NCBI GenBank assembly: GCA_963734845.1
Contig: CAVTIS010000010.1
Location: 28,795-92,794 of the forward strand
Length of the DNA: 64,000 bases
Direction: 5' to 3'
DNA from: an uncultured delta proteobacterium
GTDB taxonomy: Bacteria > Desulfobacterota > Binatia > Binatales > Binataceae
The translations under genes were made by a program, and so were the position numbers. The notes below the pieces were generated by a model, which was not told where the DNA came from, ran no database searches, and saw nothing but the letters and a program-made list of their open reading frames with translations. Below, one piece after another: positions 62,587 through 64,000 of the stretch (positions within the stretch are counted from its first letter, which is position 1; each line of letters opens with the position of its first letter).

Positions 62587-63621
62587 ATGGCTCCTGGGCG
62601 GCGGTCGCGCCCGCGCAAGGTGGGCGCAACGGCCGGATCAGCCGCAGCCGCTTCCGGCAAATCCGGCAGATCCAGCAAGTCCCGCAGCTCCGATAAGACC
62701 GGCAGATCGAGAAAGACTGGCAACGCCATCAACTCCCCCGCTTCCGCCGCGGCGGCGCGCAATCCGCGTCTGATCATCGTCACCGGCGTTTCGGGCTCCG
62801 GGCGTCTGTCCGCGATGCGGGTGCTCGAGGACCTGGGCTTCTACTGCGTCGACAATATGCCGGTCGCGCTGGCCGAGTCGGTGATGCGGCTGGCGACGCA
62901 GCGCGACCCCGACCTCGCCGGCGTAGCGCTCGGCATCGACGCGCGCGAGCGGCTCTTCTTTCCCCAGTGGCCCCGTGTCTTCAACGAGTTGGAACTCGCC
63001 GGCTTCCGCCCCGAAGTGCTTTTTCTCGACGCCTCGGACGAGGTCCTGGTGCGGCGCTACTCGGAGAGTCGCCGGCCGCATCCGATGGCTGAGGAGGGCG
63101 CTTCGGTCGCCGATGGCATCCGCAGCGAACGGTTGGCGCTGGCCGAGATGCGCGAGCGGGCCAACCGCGTGATCGACACCAGCGGGCTCACCGTGCACGA
63201 GTTGCGCGAGGTCATCACTACAGCGGTACTGGGGGCGGCGAGCGGCTCCGCCATGACAATTGCGCTGGTCTCCTTCGGCTACAAGTACGGCATTCCGGTC
63301 GGGATGGACCTGGTGCTGGACGTGCGTTTTCTGCCGAATCCGTTTTTCGTGCCGGAGTTGAGGCCGCTCGACGGGATGGACGGCCGGGTGCGCGCGTATG
63401 TTATGAGCCAGCCGGAGGCGCGGCGCTTCGTCGACGAGATTGTGCGCCTGCTCGGCTTCCTGGTGCCGCTCTACCGGCGCGAAGGCAAAAGCTATCTGAC
63501 GATCGGCCTGGGATGCACCGGCGGGCGCCATCGATCGCCCACGCTGGCGGCGGAACTCACGCATCGCCTGGGGCTGGAAGGCGTCGCCGTCCAGGTGCGC
63601 CACAACGACATCGCGCGCTGA
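62587..63621 (+). CDS. rapZ: RNase adapter RapZ (YhbJ/YvcJ)
   Basis: TG.SGSG, LEDLGFYCVDN, RRYSE.RRPHP, SFGYKYG, DVRFLPNP, GCTGGRHRS. Confidence 0.94.
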   Translation: MAPGRRSRPRKVGATAGSAAAASGKSGRSSKSRSSDKTGRSRKTGNAINSPASAAAARNPRLIIVTGVSGSGRLSAMRVLEDLGFYCVDNMPVALAESVMRLATQRDPDLAGVALGIDARERLFFPQWPRVFNELELAGFRPEVLFLDASDEVLVRRYSESRRPHPMAEEGASVADGIRSERLALAEMRERANRVIDTSGLTVHELREVITTAVLGAASGSAMTIALVSFGYKYGIPVGMDLVLDVRFLPNPFFVPELRPLDGMDGRVRAYVMSQPEARRFVDEIVRLLGFLVPLYRREGKSYLTIGLGCTGGRHRSPTLAAELTHRLGLEGVAVQVRHNDIAR

Positions 63622-63654
63622 CCTTTCCTCCGGCCTCTTCTCAGGTCTCGAGCG

Positions 63655-64000
63655 TCAGAACTTATTCCAGAACGAAGAGCAAAAGTGCTCGCTGTCGAAG
63701 GTCGCCTCGACCGTCGGCGTCGGCGGCACCAGGGACTGAAATTCATCGGTCGCTGAGCTGTACCGAGCCCAGACCGGCTGGCCGGCGGAGTTAGGGTTGC
63801 CGGTGGCTGCGAACCTGGTCCAGTAGCTGATCATGGATTCGGAGAGCTGCTGCTGTTCTGGGGTGAAATTGCTCGGGGTGGAAAAGACATCGAACAGGTA
63901 TGGGACCTCTGTGAAGTGAGCAGTGCCCAGCGGAAAGGTGATCGGCGGAAAAGGTGGAGAAGGAAATTCAGAGAAAACCAGATACGCATCTTCGTCGTTG
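63655..64000 (-). CDS. C-terminus of a type-B carboxylesterase (runs off window end)
   Basis: Hand translation: PLGTAHFTEVPYLF...LSESMISYWTRFAATGNPN...HFCSSFW; TGA at 63655-63657. Confidence 0.85.
   Translation of the reverse strand, partial: NDEDAYLVFSEFPSPPFPPITFPLGTAHFTEVPYLFDVFSTPSNFTPEQQQLSESMISYWTRFAATGNPNSAGQPVWARYSSATDEFQSLVPPTPTVEATFDSEHFCSSFWNKF

Overview
High-GC bacterial chromosomal window. It is a diderm, and the gene order and protein style are tentatively compatible with a Desulfobacterota/Binatota-like organism; that assignment is inference only. Most of it is housekeeping: pilD-tmk-holB-ricT-metG, tsaD-rsmA-mutM, htpX-degP-PBP1b, cysK-larE, rimI-carD-ispD, an orphan groEL, rsmD-coaD-aspC, a membrane-arm-only nuoH-J-K-L-M-N cluster, and kdsB-pyrG-kdsA-lptC-lptA-rpoN-hpf-ptsN-rapZ (no lptB). 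The main accessory feature is an AT-richer ~2.9 kb insertion (21763-24672) built around an IS1-like transposase. It has one clear terminus (...GGACACTACC), a 32-bp flanking direct repeat that itself contains an IR-like GGTAG motif 8 bp from the junction, a left edge that cuts a passenger gene in half, an RHH regulator with a palindromic operator, and a GmrSD-like (DUF262/DUF1524) cargo broken by a single TAG. Other notable items: two Lpp/OprI-like alanine-zipper lipoproteins flanking groEL (one ends in Lys, one carries a 12-His motif), an unannotated 42-aa Arg/Lys-rich peptide behind dacA, recurrent A-S-P low-complexity tracts in exported proteins, basic tails on cytoplasmic proteins, two REP-like repeat families and two candidate structured intergenic RNAs. 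No tRNA, rRNA or CRISPR array was seen. All calls come from reading the sequence and ORF translations; no database searches were run.
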